The notes under the pieces were generated by a model, which worked only from the letters and a program-made list of their open reading frames with translations, searched no databases and was not told the DNA's origin. From NCBI GenBank assembly GCA_963848325.1, contig CAWKDJ010000010.1:24689-88688 (forward strand): a stretch of 64,000 nt of DNA, given 5' to 3'. The DNA is from an uncultured Acidobacteriaceae bacterium. Lineage in GTDB: Bacteria; Acidobacteriota; Terriglobia; Terriglobales; Acidobacteriaceae. Both the position numbers and the translations under genes were made by a program. Positions 7,926 through 18,438 of the stretch are shown in pieces (position 1 is the stretch's first letter; each line of letters opens with the position of its first letter).

Positions 7926-8251
7926 GATCGTACCACAGGTTTTGCCCGAGCCAAGGCATTTTTCGCAAGTGGCCGCCCTCGAATGCCCTTCTATGGGATT
8001 CTGATGATTGCGCCCCAGAGAACAGTTGTCAGATCCTTGTCAAAATTGTGTTGGCCGCGCATTTGGTTGGAAGCGAGCCGTCCATGGTTACATCCGAAGC
8101 CGCCTTCCCGCGCTCTGCGGCTGGTTTTTGTATGCTCACAATTCAAGAAGTTCTCCCCTGTGCCCGGGAGAATTCCCCGTCGGGCTGGTGAAACTCCGCA
8201 ACCTGGGTGGGGTCCTTCGACTCCGGGTTACATGGGCCTCTAGAGGCCGCT

Positions 8252-9733
8252 TCACCCTCCGCTCCTTGCTTTCTCCGCCGCCCGCAGTACCGCCTGCGCT
8301 TTGTTCATGCACTCCTGAAATTCTCTCTCCGGATCGGAATCGGCCACAATCCCCGCGCCTGCCTGCAAATAGGCATGCTTGCCTTTCATCAGCAGGGTGC
8401 GAATGGCGATGCAGGAATCGAGGTTTCCGGCAAAATCCGCGTAGAGCACCGACCCTCCGTAGATTCCACGCCGCACCGGTTCCAATTCTTCAATGATCTG
8501 CATGGCGCGAACCTTCGGCGCCCCGGACAACGTTCCAGCCGGAAAACACGCGGCGAACGCATCTAGCGCATCCAGCCCTTCGCGCAGTTTTCCTTCGAGC
8601 GCCGACACAATGTGCATGACGTGCGAATAGCGCTCGACATACATCAAGTCACGGAGCTTGACCGAACCATATTCGCTGACCCGCCCCAAATCGTTGCGGC
8701 CCAGATCGACCAGCATGACGTGCTCCGCGCGTTCTTTTTCATCGGCAAGCATGGCTTTTTCCAGCTTCTCATCTTCACCCTCGTCGCGGCCGCGCGGGTG
8801 AGTCCCGGCAATCGGGCGATATTCCAGCTTGCGCTCCGAAACCCGCACCAGCATTTCTGGGGATGAGCCCAGCACATGCACATCTCCCATGCGGAGAAAG
8901 TACATATAGGGTGACGGATTCACCGTGCGCAACGCGCGGTAGATGTCGAACGGTTTGGCCTGCGGCGTGAAATCGAGTCGCTGAGAAAGTACGACCTGAA
9001 AAATATCGCCGGCGGCGATGTACTCGCGGCAACGCTCCACAGATTTCAGAAACCGTTCATGACTTGTGGCAGCGTGAGCCTTTAACTTTCCCTTAGATCG
9101 GCTCGCCGCTCTTCGCCAGGCACTGTTCCGCACTCCCGATTCCAGCTTCTTCTCCAGGCGCTCGATGTCGGCCACGGCCCGGTCATAGGCACGCCGCGGA
9201 TTTTCATCCCTGACATCGGCGCTGGCAATAATGTGGATCTGGTGCAGCAGGTGATCGAAAACCAGCAGGCGGTCGAAGAACATCAGCACGCAATCGGGGA
9301 GAGAAAGATCGTCTTTCGCATGTTCGCCGATCCGCTCAAACTGGCGGACCGCGTCGTAAGCGAAGTATCCGACCGCACCCGCGGTAAATGGCGGCAATCC
9401 TGCAAAGGTCGCCGGACGATGTTCCCGAAGTAACTCTTTCAGCACGGGTAAGACGCTGCCTTGCTGCCGCTCAACCCGCTTGCCGCGATGCAAAGCGATC
9501 TCCTGGCCGCGAGTTTCCACCCACATGTAGGGCTTTGCGCCCAGAAACGTATACCGTCCGATTCGCTCGCCCCGCTCGACCGACTCCAGTAGAAAGGCCT
9601 GCGCCTCATCCTCGGCTACGGCCAGAAAGGCTGAGACTGGGGTTAGCAGGTCGGCCATCACCGACTTGACCACTGGAACTAGCGTGGCCTGCCGGGCGAG
9701 GCTGGCAAATTCTTTATAATCAGGGCGAAGCAT
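8252..9733 (-). CDS. trpE: anthranilate synthase component I
   Basis: 493 aa with the N-terminal 'LLESVERGERIGRYTFLG' signature and the chorismate-binding C-terminal 'GAGIVADSDPEREFQE'. Confidence 0.85.
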   Translation of the reverse strand: MLRPDYKEFASLARQATLVPVVKSVMADLLTPVSAFLAVAEDEAQAFLLESVERGERIGRYTFLGAKPYMWVETRGQEIALHRGKRVERQQGSVLPVLKELLREHRPATFAGLPPFTAGAVGYFAYDAVRQFERIGEHAKDDLSLPDCVLMFFDRLLVFDHLLHQIHIIASADVRDENPRRAYDRAVADIERLEKKLESGVRNSAWRRAASRSKGKLKAHAATSHERFLKSVERCREYIAAGDIFQVVLSQRLDFTPQAKPFDIYRALRTVNPSPYMYFLRMGDVHVLGSSPEMLVRVSERKLEYRPIAGTHPRGRDEGEDEKLEKAMLADEKERAEHVMLVDLGRNDLGRVSEYGSVKLRDLMYVERYSHVMHIVSALEGKLREGLDALDAFAACFPAGTLSGAPKVRAMQIIEELEPVRRGIYGGSVLYADFAGNLDSCIAIRTLLMKGKHAYLQAGAGIVADSDPEREFQECMNKAQAVLRAAEKARSGG

Positions 9734-9917
9734 GAGATTGAGGCCGTGCTCCCGTAATTCGTGCTCATTCTATCGGGATTTGTGAAAGGCTGCCGGCCCA
9801 AGCCACTGACCAAAAATGATCGCGGTTTACAAACTATCGTAACGCTTAGGCGGTTGACTGATCATCTAACAGGCTGCAAGATGGCTGTTTAGGTAGAAAT
9901 CCGTCTCTGAGGAATGT

Positions 9918-10760
9918 ATGCGGATCAAGTTCTGGGGGGTTCGCGGCTCAACGCCTTCACCCCAGCCGGAGAACATGCGCTATGGAGGCAATACCTCCTG
10001 CGTGGAAGTGTCGATCGGAGACCAGATGTATGTCTTCGACTGCGGCACCGGGTTCCGAATGCTTGGCCAGGCGCTGCGCCGGCAGTCGAACGGACATCCT
10101 ATATCCGCCCACGTTTTCGTCTCGCATTTTCATTGGGACCACATTCAAGGCCTGCCTTTTTTTGGCCCGCTCTACGACAACCCGGAGAACCGTTTTCAGT
10201 TTCATTGCTCCAGCCGGACTCGCCGGCTGAAGCAAGTGCTCGAAGAGCAGATGGCCGCGCCGTTTTTTCCTGTGGGTTTGAACCAGATGCGGGCCCGCCA
10301 GGATTTTTATGATCTGGAAGAAGGCAGCGTCGATCTGGGTAACGTTAAGTTACAGGCCAAGTGGCTGAACCACCCCCAGGGATGCATGGGATTCCGGCTC
10401 GAAAGCAAAGACGGCATTTTCGTCTACGCGACCGACAACGAGCCGGGCGACGAGACTTTCGACAAGAACGTGCGCGCGCTCGCGGCCGGGGCCGACGTGC
10501 TCGTATACGACGCGCAGTACTTGCCCGAGGAGTATGAAGCCCTGCGCCGCGGCTGGGGACACAGTCACTGGCGCGAAGCGGTCAATATCGTGATGGAAAG
10601 CGGCGCCAAAGAATTGGTCTTATTTCATCACGATCCCGATCACGACGATGCCTGTATCGACCGGGTGCTCAAAGAGGCACGGAACTACTATCCTCGCGTT
10701 ACGGCGGCTGCCGAAGGCATGCAGATCGAAATACCGGTTCGCCGTGCTGCGGTACGGTAA
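9918..10760 (+). CDS. MBL-fold metallo-hydrolase
   Basis: 'HFHWDH' HxHxDH motif. GAGGAA Shine-Dalgarno before the ATG. 280 aa. Confidence 0.8.
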   Translation: MRIKFWGVRGSTPSPQPENMRYGGNTSCVEVSIGDQMYVFDCGTGFRMLGQALRRQSNGHPISAHVFVSHFHWDHIQGLPFFGPLYDNPENRFQFHCSSRTRRLKQVLEEQMAAPFFPVGLNQMRARQDFYDLEEGSVDLGNVKLQAKWLNHPQGCMGFRLESKDGIFVYATDNEPGDETFDKNVRALAAGADVLVYDAQYLPEEYEALRRGWGHSHWREAVNIVMESGAKELVLFHHDPDHDDACIDRVLKEARNYYPRVTAAAEGMQIEIPVRRAAVR

Positions 10761-10873
10761 GGCCTACTACTTTCCTGAAACGGTTTAACGCTTTCTTCTC
10801 TCTCGGCATCTGGGAATCGTTACAATTAACTGGAGTCGCTCAGTCCGGTTCGAGTCATCTTGAAAGGTCTATC

Positions 10874-11753
10874 GTGATGCCGCTTGCAGCAGCATGGCCC
10901 CGAGTGTCGGTGATTTCGGTCATCGACATTCTGCTGGTTGCAATCATTATTTACGAGTTACTGGCATTGATCCGCGGGACACGCGCCGCACTCATGCTGG
11001 TGGGAATCGCTGCGCTGGTGATCGCCTTCTACGTGGCGCGGCTGGGCGAACTCACCACGCTGAATTGGGTCATCTCCACTCTGCTGCCCTACACGGTTTT
11101 CGCGTTGATCGTGGTCTTCGCGCCTGAGATTCGACTCGCCCTGACCAGACTTGGCCGCAGGCTCTCCCTGACTCGAGGCTCGGCCTCTGAAGACGCGTAT
11201 GACGATATAGTCCTGGCCGCAAATCTCTTTTGCCAGAACCAGACCGGCGCGCTGATGGTAATTGAAGGGGAAATCGGCTTGCGGACCTACATCGAAAGCG
11301 GCGTGCCTCTCGATGCGAAACTTTCTTACGATTTGCTCGCCAGCATTTTCCGCCCGAGCGCTCCCTTGCACGACGGCGCTGTGATCATTCAGAAAGATCG
11401 CATTGCGGCTGCGGCATGCTTCCTGCCATTGTCGATGAATCCCGTGCTCTCTACCCAATTGGGGCACCCGCCATCGGGCAGGAATTGGAGTCACCGAAGA
11501 GACCGACGCCATCGCCGTTATCGTGTCTGAGGAAACTGGCAGCATCAGCCTGGCACTCGGCGGAAAAATCGAGCGTGACCTGACCGTCGATGAATTGCGA
11601 GAGCGGCTTGGCCAACTCTTGCGGCGCTGGGTCCCTCCGGTTACTTTGCCCACCGCCATCACTAACGGGGCGGATTCCTCGGAATCGATAGAGTCGCACC
11701 GGACCATGTCGCGCACGGCCGACACGCGCGTCAATCAGGGGGCCGACCGCTAA
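10874..11753 (+). CDS. cdaA: diadenylate cyclase CdaA (DisA_N), interrupted by a +1 frameshift in a GGGG run at 11461-11464
   Basis: N-terminal 3 TM helices, then 'GALMVIEGE', 'LHDGAVII'. After the frameshift the next frame reads '[31 protein letters not shown]', the canonical DGA/RHR region. Deleting one G restores a ~293-aa protein. Confidence 0.8.
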
Positions 11754-11756
11754 CCT

Positions 11757-12428
11757 ATGCGCGACTTCTTTCGGCGCTTCGTGCTCCACAACCTTGGCTT
11801 GAAACTGATTTCGCTTGCCCTGGCTGTCGGACTGTGGCTGGCGGTTTATCGCGAACCGCTCTCAGAGGTCGCGATCGACACCGTGATCGAGTTCGAGAAC
11901 ATGCCGGCAAATCTCGAAATCAGCGCAGAGAGCATTCCCAAGGCGGAGGTCCGGCTTCGCGGCCCGCAGCGGGTCGTGCGCCGTCTGCAGGCGTCGGAAG
12001 TCTACGCGGAAATCAACCTCGAAACCGTAAGGCCCGGCGACCGGACTTATGACCTGACGGCGCAGGAGATTCATCACCCGCAGGAATTGGAAGTCGTACA
12101 GGTCGTGCCCAGCCAGATTCACCTTTCGTTCGACACTCGGATCACTCGCCAAGTGCCGGTACGTCCGCGAGTCATTGGGACTTTCGCGACCGGTTATCAG
12201 ATCGGCCACATCCAAATCGATCCGCCGAACATCACGATCATTGGCCCCAAGAAGCGAATCGAAGCGGTGGAAGCGGCCACCACCGATCCTATCGATGTGA
12301 CTGGCGCAATCAGCCGCGTCACCTTTACGCGTCATGCGTACGTTTCCGATCCGCTGATTCAAGCCACAAGTTCCGATCCGGTGCACATCACAGTTATTAT
12401 GGAGAACGCCGCCACTCATGGGCACTAG
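11757..12428 (+). CDS. cdaR: CdaA regulatory protein CdaR (YbbR-like domains)
   Basis: Single N-terminal TM helix followed by YbbR-like repeats. Sits in the conserved position between cdaA and glmM. Confidence 0.75.
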   Translation: MRDFFRRFVLHNLGLKLISLALAVGLWLAVYREPLSEVAIDTVIEFENMPANLEISAESIPKAEVRLRGPQRVVRRLQASEVYAEINLETVRPGDRTYDLTAQEIHHPQELEVVQVVPSQIHLSFDTRITRQVPVRPRVIGTFATGYQIGHIQIDPPNITIIGPKKRIEAVEAATTDPIDVTGAISRVTFTRHAYVSDPLIQATSSDPVHITVIMENAATHGH

Positions 12429-13818
12429 CACACGATCTGCAATGACTTCTGCCTCACGACAACTTTTTGGTACCGATGGAATTCGAGGCGTGGCCGGCGA
12501 ATTCCCTTTGACCGCCGAAAGCACGTTTTGCATTGGCCGGGCCTTGGGACATGATTTACTCCGAACTCAGCCGCGGCCAAGCGTGGTGATTGGCCAGGAC
12601 ACGCGCGAATCCAGCTGCTGGATCGCCGACCGGGTCATGCTTGGACTTTCCTCCTGCGGCTGCGAGGTGCACAGCGCGGGCGTAATTACAACGCCGGGCG
12701 TTGCGTATCTTGCCCGCTCGCGGAAGTACGCGGCTGGCGTGGTGATTTCGGCGTCTCACAATCCCTGGATCGACAACGGCATTAAAGTCTTCTCCGGCGA
12801 CGGCTACAAACTGCCCGACGCTCACGAACTGGCAATTGAGAAAGAAATCTTTTCGCTGCTGGGGAATAGTCAGACGAACGGATCTACGCCTGCAAAGCCT
12901 GCTGCCAGTCTTCCAGGCGAAGCCAGTCTACGGCGCGACTACATCGAGTGGCTTGCACACAGCGTGAAAGGCGATTTGAGCCGCTTGCGCGTGCTCGTCG
13001 ATTGCGCCAACGGGGCGGCGACCGCGGAAGCGCCGGAGTTGTTCAAGGAATGCCGCGTTCAAGCGACATTTCTGAACGCCTCACCCGATGGTAAGAACAT
13101 CAATAAAAATGCGGGTGCGCTGCATCCGGAAGTGGTGGCAAAGGCGGTTGCGGAAAGCTCCGGCAAATTCGACCTCGGAGTCACATTTGACGGCGATGCC
13201 GACCGCGCGCTCTTCAGCGATGCGAACGGCCGCGTCGTCAACGGAGACGCTGTACTGCTGCTCACCGCCCGCGATTTTCAATCGCGCGGCATCTTGACGG
13301 GATCGACCGTGGTCGCAACCACCATGTCGAATATGGGTCTGGAAATTGCTCTGCGCAAGAGCGGCATTCGCATGTTGCGGGCAAATGTCGGCGACAAATA
13401 TGTTCTGGAAGAGATGCTGAAGACCGGCGCAGTTCTTGGCGGAGAGCAATCCGGGCACATCATCTTTCGCGACGGCGACGCCACCACTGGCGATGGACTC
13501 CTCACCGCTCTGCGCGTCATGGAAATTATGGCCCGAAGCGGCAAGCCGCTGGCCGAGTTGATCGGCGACCTGAAAGTTTTTCCTCAGACCATCCAGAACA
13601 TTCGCGTGCGCGAGAAAGTTCCGTTTGCGCGAGTGCCGGAAATCCAGCGATCAATCGAGGCCGCCGAGCGCGAACTTGATGGCAACGGCCGCGTGGTGGT
13701 GCGCTATTCGGGAACCGAGGCGCTGGCGCGCGTAATGATCGAAGCCGAGTCGGAAGAAAAGATGAACGCCCTCGCCGCCAGCATTTCGGGCGCAATCAAG
13801 AGCGCGCTGGGCGCGTGA
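12418..13818 (+). CDS. glmM: phosphoglucosamine mutase
   Basis: 'GTDGIRG' and the active-site 'SASHNPWIDNGIKVF' motif. The alternative start is ATG 12442. Confidence 0.9.
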   Translation: MGTSTRSAMTSASRQLFGTDGIRGVAGEFPLTAESTFCIGRALGHDLLRTQPRPSVVIGQDTRESSCWIADRVMLGLSSCGCEVHSAGVITTPGVAYLARSRKYAAGVVISASHNPWIDNGIKVFSGDGYKLPDAHELAIEKEIFSLLGNSQTNGSTPAKPAASLPGEASLRRDYIEWLAHSVKGDLSRLRVLVDCANGAATAEAPELFKECRVQATFLNASPDGKNINKNAGALHPEVVAKAVAESSGKFDLGVTFDGDADRALFSDANGRVVNGDAVLLLTARDFQSRGILTGSTVVATTMSNMGLEIALRKSGIRMLRANVGDKYVLEEMLKTGAVLGGEQSGHIIFRDGDATTGDGLLTALRVMEIMARSGKPLAELIGDLKVFPQTIQNIRVREKVPFARVPEIQRSIEAAERELDGNGRVVVRYSGTEALARVMIEAESEEKMNALAASISGAIKSALGA

Positions 13819-13862
13819 AACTCACCTTTGTCACCGGCGACCAAGCAGGCGCTACAGAAGTT

Positions 13863-13960
13863 TTGTCATTTCGAGCGGAGCAAGATTGGCCGCTCGCGCG
13901 ATGCTCAACATTGTCATTTCGAGCGGAGTATGATTGGCCGCTGGCGGCCAATCTGCGAAG
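13863..13960. repeat. two tandem copies of a ~33-48 bp unit (TTGTCATTTCGAGCGGAG[C/T]A[A/T]GATTGGCCGCT...). The second copy ends in a perfect 10-bp-arm palindrome GATTGGCCGC-TG-GCGGCCAATC (13931-13952)
   Basis: Direct inspection: 31 of 33 identity over the shared core. Lies immediately downstream of the glmM stop. Confidence 0.5.
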
Positions 13961-14509
13961 TCGAGAAACCTGCTGTTGTTAACTCGCAGAACGCTCTGTA
14001 TCTATGCGCAATTTCCTCAATAACTTCGCGGCACTCTGGAACCTCCTGCTGCTCGGCGCCACTTTTGCCACCCTTGGCGCCTTCATCTATTGGTTCGTCC
14101 TGCGCCGGATCTGGAGGGCGAGAAGAATTGCGGGAGTTCGCGACCGGCGAATGCTCAGAGAAGCGGCGGAGCGTGAAGTTGAACGCCGCTGAATCAAAAC
14201 CTGCTTGACACCACGCCACCCCCGGGATGCTGTAGCGAACCGGGCCCGAATTTTAGTTCTGGAGGTTCCTCTGTGCGCGCCCGTTCGCCGCTTCTCCCCT
14301 TGTTTTTTCTGTCTCACCAATTCATCGTGCACCTGCAGTGTCATCTTTGATTGCAACCGGCGGGCCAGGCCGATCAGCGGCGGGTGATCGAGTTCTATGG
14401 CAAGCAGGTTCTGCCTAAGGTCAAATCGGCTTGAGATTCGCTCGCGGAATTTCCAGCGGACCACGCAACCTCGAGGAAAAGTCTGCGCTCTAAGCGGCAG
14501 GAGGTACGA

Positions 14510-14723
14510 CATGCCTGCCATGAAACAATCGAGTCGTCGCAAGTTCAGCAAGGGCGCATCGAAAACCGTTGCTAGCGCCATGCGCCGCAAGAAACATGGC
14601 ACTCTGCGTTCCGGGAAAAGCGGCCACGGCGGAAAAGTAAAGAGCCGCAAGCAAGCTATTGCCATCGGACTTTCCGAAGCGCGAAAAGAGGGTGCGAAAG
14701 TTCCAAAGAAAAAAGCGGCATAG
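14510..14723 (+). CDS. small highly basic protein (71 aa), function unknown
   Basis: ATG preceded by a GGAGG Shine-Dalgarno. Sequence 'MPAMKQSSRRKFSKGASKTV...GKVKSRKQAIAIGLSEARKEGAKVPKKKAA'. Confidence 0.5.
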
Positions 14724-14791
14724 CGTCCCTCGGTCAGACTCTGCGCTCATTTGACAGATCGCGCGCCGCCGATTGTGATTGAGGAACCGCT

Positions 14792-16132
14792 ATGGACGCG
14801 AAGCGCACTGTCATTGTGATTGGCGCGGGAATCTCCGGATTGGCCGCCGCGTCGAAACTGGCTGACTCCGGAGTGCGCGTATCGATGCTCGAAGCCCGCA
14901 CCCGGATTGGCGGGCGCATCTTCACGACCTACGACTCGACCGGCCATGCCGTCGAGTTGGGAGCGGAGTTCATTCACGGCATGCCGCCGGAAATATGGCT
15001 GCCGCTGCAGAACGCGAATGTCACAATCTCTGAAGTGGACGGTGAAAGCTGGTGCGTAACGGACGCGCTTAGGCCGTGCCAGTTCTTTTCGCAAATCGAA
15101 TCCATCCTCAGCAAAATGGACGACTCACAACCCGATGAATCGTTCCTCTCGTTTCTCGAGCGGGAGTTTCCGAATCGCAACAATGATCCAGTGATGCAGG
15201 AAGCGAAGCGGCGCGCTGCAGGCTATGTGTCGGGATTTAACGCCGCCGATCCGAATCTGGTTGGAGTTCACTGGCTGGTCGAGGGCATGCGCGCGGAACA
15301 AGAAATCGATGGAGAGCGCGTCTCTCGGGCGAAGGGCGGATACGAAACGCTGATCGAACTTTTTCGCCAGCGGCTCGCAAAGTCAGATGTAACGGTCCGC
15401 GCCGGAACCGTGGTCGAGCGGGTGCAGTGGAAAGCCGGCAGTGTCGAGGTCTCGGCCCGCGATGCGGAAGGCTCTGTGGCTCTTAACGCCGAGCGCGTGC
15501 TGATCACGTTGCCGCTAGCCGTGCTGCAAGCGCCGGTTGGACAAGCGGGCGCCGTAGCGTTCGTTCCGTCTCTGCCCAAAGAAAAAGCCGGGGCACTCGA
15601 CAAATTAGAAATGGGAAAAGTCATCCGCGTGGTTCTGCGCTTTCGGCAGCGGTTCTGGGACACGATCTCTCCGCCGTCAACCAACGAAAGTCTTTCCGGA
15701 ATGAGTTTTCTTTTATCGCAGGACGAATGGTTCCCAACCTGGTGGACAACAATGCCAGAGAAATTGCCGATCATCACCGGCTGGGCGCCATTCCAGTGCG
15801 CGGAGAAACTTTCTGGCCAGGATTATGGTTTGGTTGTGCAGCAGAGCTTGCAGACACTCGCAAAATTGCTTGGCGAAGATGCTGGCAAGCTTGAAAACCA
15901 GTTAGAAGCTGCCTATTTTCACGATTGGCAGTCGGACCCGTTCTCGCGCGGCGCGTACAGCTATGGAAAAGTAGGCAGCGCTGGCGCACAGCGAGATCTC
16001 GGCGCGCCCATCCAAAATACGTTGTTCTTCGCCGGAGAAGCTACCGACATTACCGGACACAACGGAACCGTGCATGGCGCCATCGCCAGCGGCCATCGCG
16101 CGGCCGACGAAATCCTACAGAGTTTCCGCTAA
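14792..16132 (+). CDS. FAD-dependent amine oxidase-family oxidoreductase
   Basis: N-terminal Rossmann '[14 protein letters not shown]' and the C-terminal flavin-amine-oxidase motif 'FFAGEAT'. Confidence 0.8.
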   Translation: MDAKRTVIVIGAGISGLAAASKLADSGVRVSMLEARTRIGGRIFTTYDSTGHAVELGAEFIHGMPPEIWLPLQNANVTISEVDGESWCVTDALRPCQFFSQIESILSKMDDSQPDESFLSFLEREFPNRNNDPVMQEAKRRAAGYVSGFNAADPNLVGVHWLVEGMRAEQEIDGERVSRAKGGYETLIELFRQRLAKSDVTVRAGTVVERVQWKAGSVEVSARDAEGSVALNAERVLITLPLAVLQAPVGQAGAVAFVPSLPKEKAGALDKLEMGKVIRVVLRFRQRFWDTISPPSTNESLSGMSFLLSQDEWFPTWWTTMPEKLPIITGWAPFQCAEKLSGQDYGLVVQQSLQTLAKLLGEDAGKLENQLEAAYFHDWQSDPFSRGAYSYGKVGSAGAQRDLGAPIQNTLFFAGEATDITGHNGTVHGAIASGHRAADEILQSFR

Positions 16133-16272
16133 GAAAACACGGCAAAGAACTGCTCCATCGGCCCCGGCCTCAGGCAACACTGGCCCCTCAGTTCGCACCT
16201 AATCCCCGATTTCGATTCTGTCCCAGAAACAAATCTGAAGAGGCTTCGCCAGAACTAGCTTCCGAAACAAAT

Positions 16273-18438
16273 ATGGTGATTCAAACTCAACCCATTGTTT
16301 GGCCGGGGAAACCGTATCCGCTGGGCGCTCACTGGGACGGCGAAGGAGTGAATTTCGCCCTGTTCTCCGAGCATGCCGAACGAGTCGAACTGTGCATCTT
16401 CGACAAGAACGGACATCGCGAATTGCACTGCGTGAACGTCACCGAGCAAACCGATCAAGTTTGGCATTGCTATTTGCCGGAAGCGCGGCCGGGACTGATC
16501 TATGGCTATCGCGTCAGCGGGCCGTACGAGCCCAACAAGGGCCTGCGTTTCAATCATCACAAGCTACTGCTCGATCCTTACGCGAAGCAAATTGTCGGCG
16601 ATTTGAAGTGGAGCGATTCGCACTTCAGCTACCGCATCGGGCACAAGCAGGCGGACTTGTCGTTCGACCGGCGCGACAGCGCTCCGGGAATGATCAAGTC
16701 GATGGTGATCGATCCGGCTTTTACCTGGGGAAGCGACCAACCGCCGCGCACTCCCTGGCACAAGAGCATCATCTACGAGACCCACGTGAAAGGCTTCACC
16801 ATTCAGCACCCCCAAATCCCGACACAGTTGCGCGGAACCTATGCCGGGTTGGCGACCGCTCCGGTGATCGACTATCTGCTGAAGCTCGGCATCACCGCAG
16901 TCGAGCTGATGCCGGTGCACTATTTCATCGACGACCGCACGTTGGTCGAGAAGGGACTGCGGAATTATTGGGGATATAACTCGATCGGCTTTTTTGCACC
17001 GGCATCGCGGTACCTGGCTACGGGATCGATCAGCGAATTCAAAACCATGGTAAAGACCCTGCATTCCGCGGGGATCGAAGTTATCCTCGATGTGGTTTAC
17101 AACCACACGGCGGAAGGAAATCAGCTTGGGCCGACGCTGTCGTTCCGCGGCATCGATAACCCCGTCTATTACCGGACGGTTGCCGACAATCCGCGCTGTT
17201 ATATGGATTACACCGGCACGGGAAACACGCTGAATATGCGGCATCCGCGAGTGCTGCAGCTGATCATGGACAGCCTGCGTTACTGGGTGCTCGACATGCA
17301 CGTTGATGGCTTCCGCTTCGATCTGGCCGCAACCTTGGCGCGTGAGCTGCACGAAGTCGACAAGCTGGGCGCGTTTCTCGACATCATCCATCAGGACCCG
17401 GTCTTGTCGCAGGTCAAGCTGATTGCCGAGCCATGGGACCTGGGCGAAGGCGGATATCAGGTGGGAAAATTTCCCGTCGGATGGGCGGAATGGAACGATC
17501 GCTACCGCGATGTGGTGCGCTCCTATTGGAAGGGCGACGGCGGACAAATTGGAGAACTCGCATATCGCATCACCGGATCGAGCGATCTCTATGAGCGCAG
17601 CGGCCGGCGGCCATACGCCAGCGTCAACTTCGTGACCGCGCATGACGGTTTTACGCTACAGGACCTGGTGAGCTACAACCAGAAGCACAACGAGGCCAAC
17701 GGCGAAGAAAACCGCGACGGCACCGACAACAATCACAGCTGGAATTGTGGGGCGGAGGGCCCGACCGACGATCCCGCCGTCAATGCGCTAAGGGCGCAGC
17801 AGAAGCGCAATTTCATGGCGACCCTGCTGCTTTCGCAAGGCGTTCCCATGCTGCTCGCGGGCGATGCCATCGGGCATACTCAGAACGGAAACAACAACGC
17901 CTATTGCCAGGACAATGAGATCAGCTGGATCAACTGGAACAAATCGGCCGCCGACCGGGAACTGATGTCGCTGGTGCAAAAAGCGATTGGGTTGCGCAAG
18001 AACCACCCGGTTTTCCGCCGCAGGAATTTCTTTCTTGGACGGGCGATCAAAGGCGCGGGCATCAAGGACATTCTCTGGCTGCGGCCGGACGGCGCGGAAA
18101 TGACCGATGACGAGTGGAACCAGGAGCACGCCAGGACCCTGGGCATGTTTCTTTCCGGATCGGCGGTTGATGAAGTGGATGAGCGCGGCCAAGCGATAAC
18201 CGACGATAACTTTTTGCTGCTGATGAACGCGCACCACGAAGAAGTACCATTTCAGTTGCCGACCGCAGCTTCGGAGATGCGCTGGATCGCGCTGATTGAC
18301 ACCTCTTGTCAAACCTCACGCAGTCCGGGGATGCAGTACGAGTCGGGAATGCCGTACCCGCTGCAGGCGCGCTCGCTTGCCGTGTTGGTGGAACGGCAAC
18401 GTGACCAGATCCGCCAAGACCGCCGGCATGAAACGTAG
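16273..18438 (+). CDS. glgX: glycogen debranching enzyme GlgX (GH13)
   Basis: 'YNHT', 'GFRFDLA' and 'EPWD' GH13 catalytic regions. Start taken at ATG 16273. The ORF upstream of that is a non-coding read-in. Confidence 0.85.
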   Translation: MVIQTQPIVWPGKPYPLGAHWDGEGVNFALFSEHAERVELCIFDKNGHRELHCVNVTEQTDQVWHCYLPEARPGLIYGYRVSGPYEPNKGLRFNHHKLLLDPYAKQIVGDLKWSDSHFSYRIGHKQADLSFDRRDSAPGMIKSMVIDPAFTWGSDQPPRTPWHKSIIYETHVKGFTIQHPQIPTQLRGTYAGLATAPVIDYLLKLGITAVELMPVHYFIDDRTLVEKGLRNYWGYNSIGFFAPASRYLATGSISEFKTMVKTLHSAGIEVILDVVYNHTAEGNQLGPTLSFRGIDNPVYYRTVADNPRCYMDYTGTGNTLNMRHPRVLQLIMDSLRYWVLDMHVDGFRFDLAATLARELHEVDKLGAFLDIIHQDPVLSQVKLIAEPWDLGEGGYQVGKFPVGWAEWNDRYRDVVRSYWKGDGGQIGELAYRITGSSDLYERSGRRPYASVNFVTAHDGFTLQDLVSYNQKHNEANGEENRDGTDNNHSWNCGAEGPTDDPAVNALRAQQKRNFMATLLLSQGVPMLLAGDAIGHTQNGNNNAYCQDNEISWINWNKSAADRELMSLVQKAIGLRKNHPVFRRRNFFLGRAIKGAGIKDILWLRPDGAEMTDDEWNQEHARTLGMFLSGSAVDEVDERGQAITDDNFLLLMNAHHEEVPFQLPTAASEMRWIALIDTSCQTSRSPGMQYESGMPYPLQARSLAVLVERQRDQIRQDRRHET

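Noticed and set aside
9918-10760. MBL-fold protein as a beta-lactamase resistance gene
   Set aside because: Only the generic HxHxDH metallo-hydrolase motif is present. There is no signal peptide or class-B beta-lactamase signature. It looks like a housekeeping hydrolase.
13828-14208. 126-aa ORF containing the repeated peptide 'CHFERS[KM]IGR'
   Set aside because: The repeated peptide is simply the translation of the tandem DNA repeat. No Shine-Dalgarno, atypical composition.
16564-17643. 359-aa minus-strand ORF
   Set aside because: Antisense to glgX, which has intact GH13 motifs.
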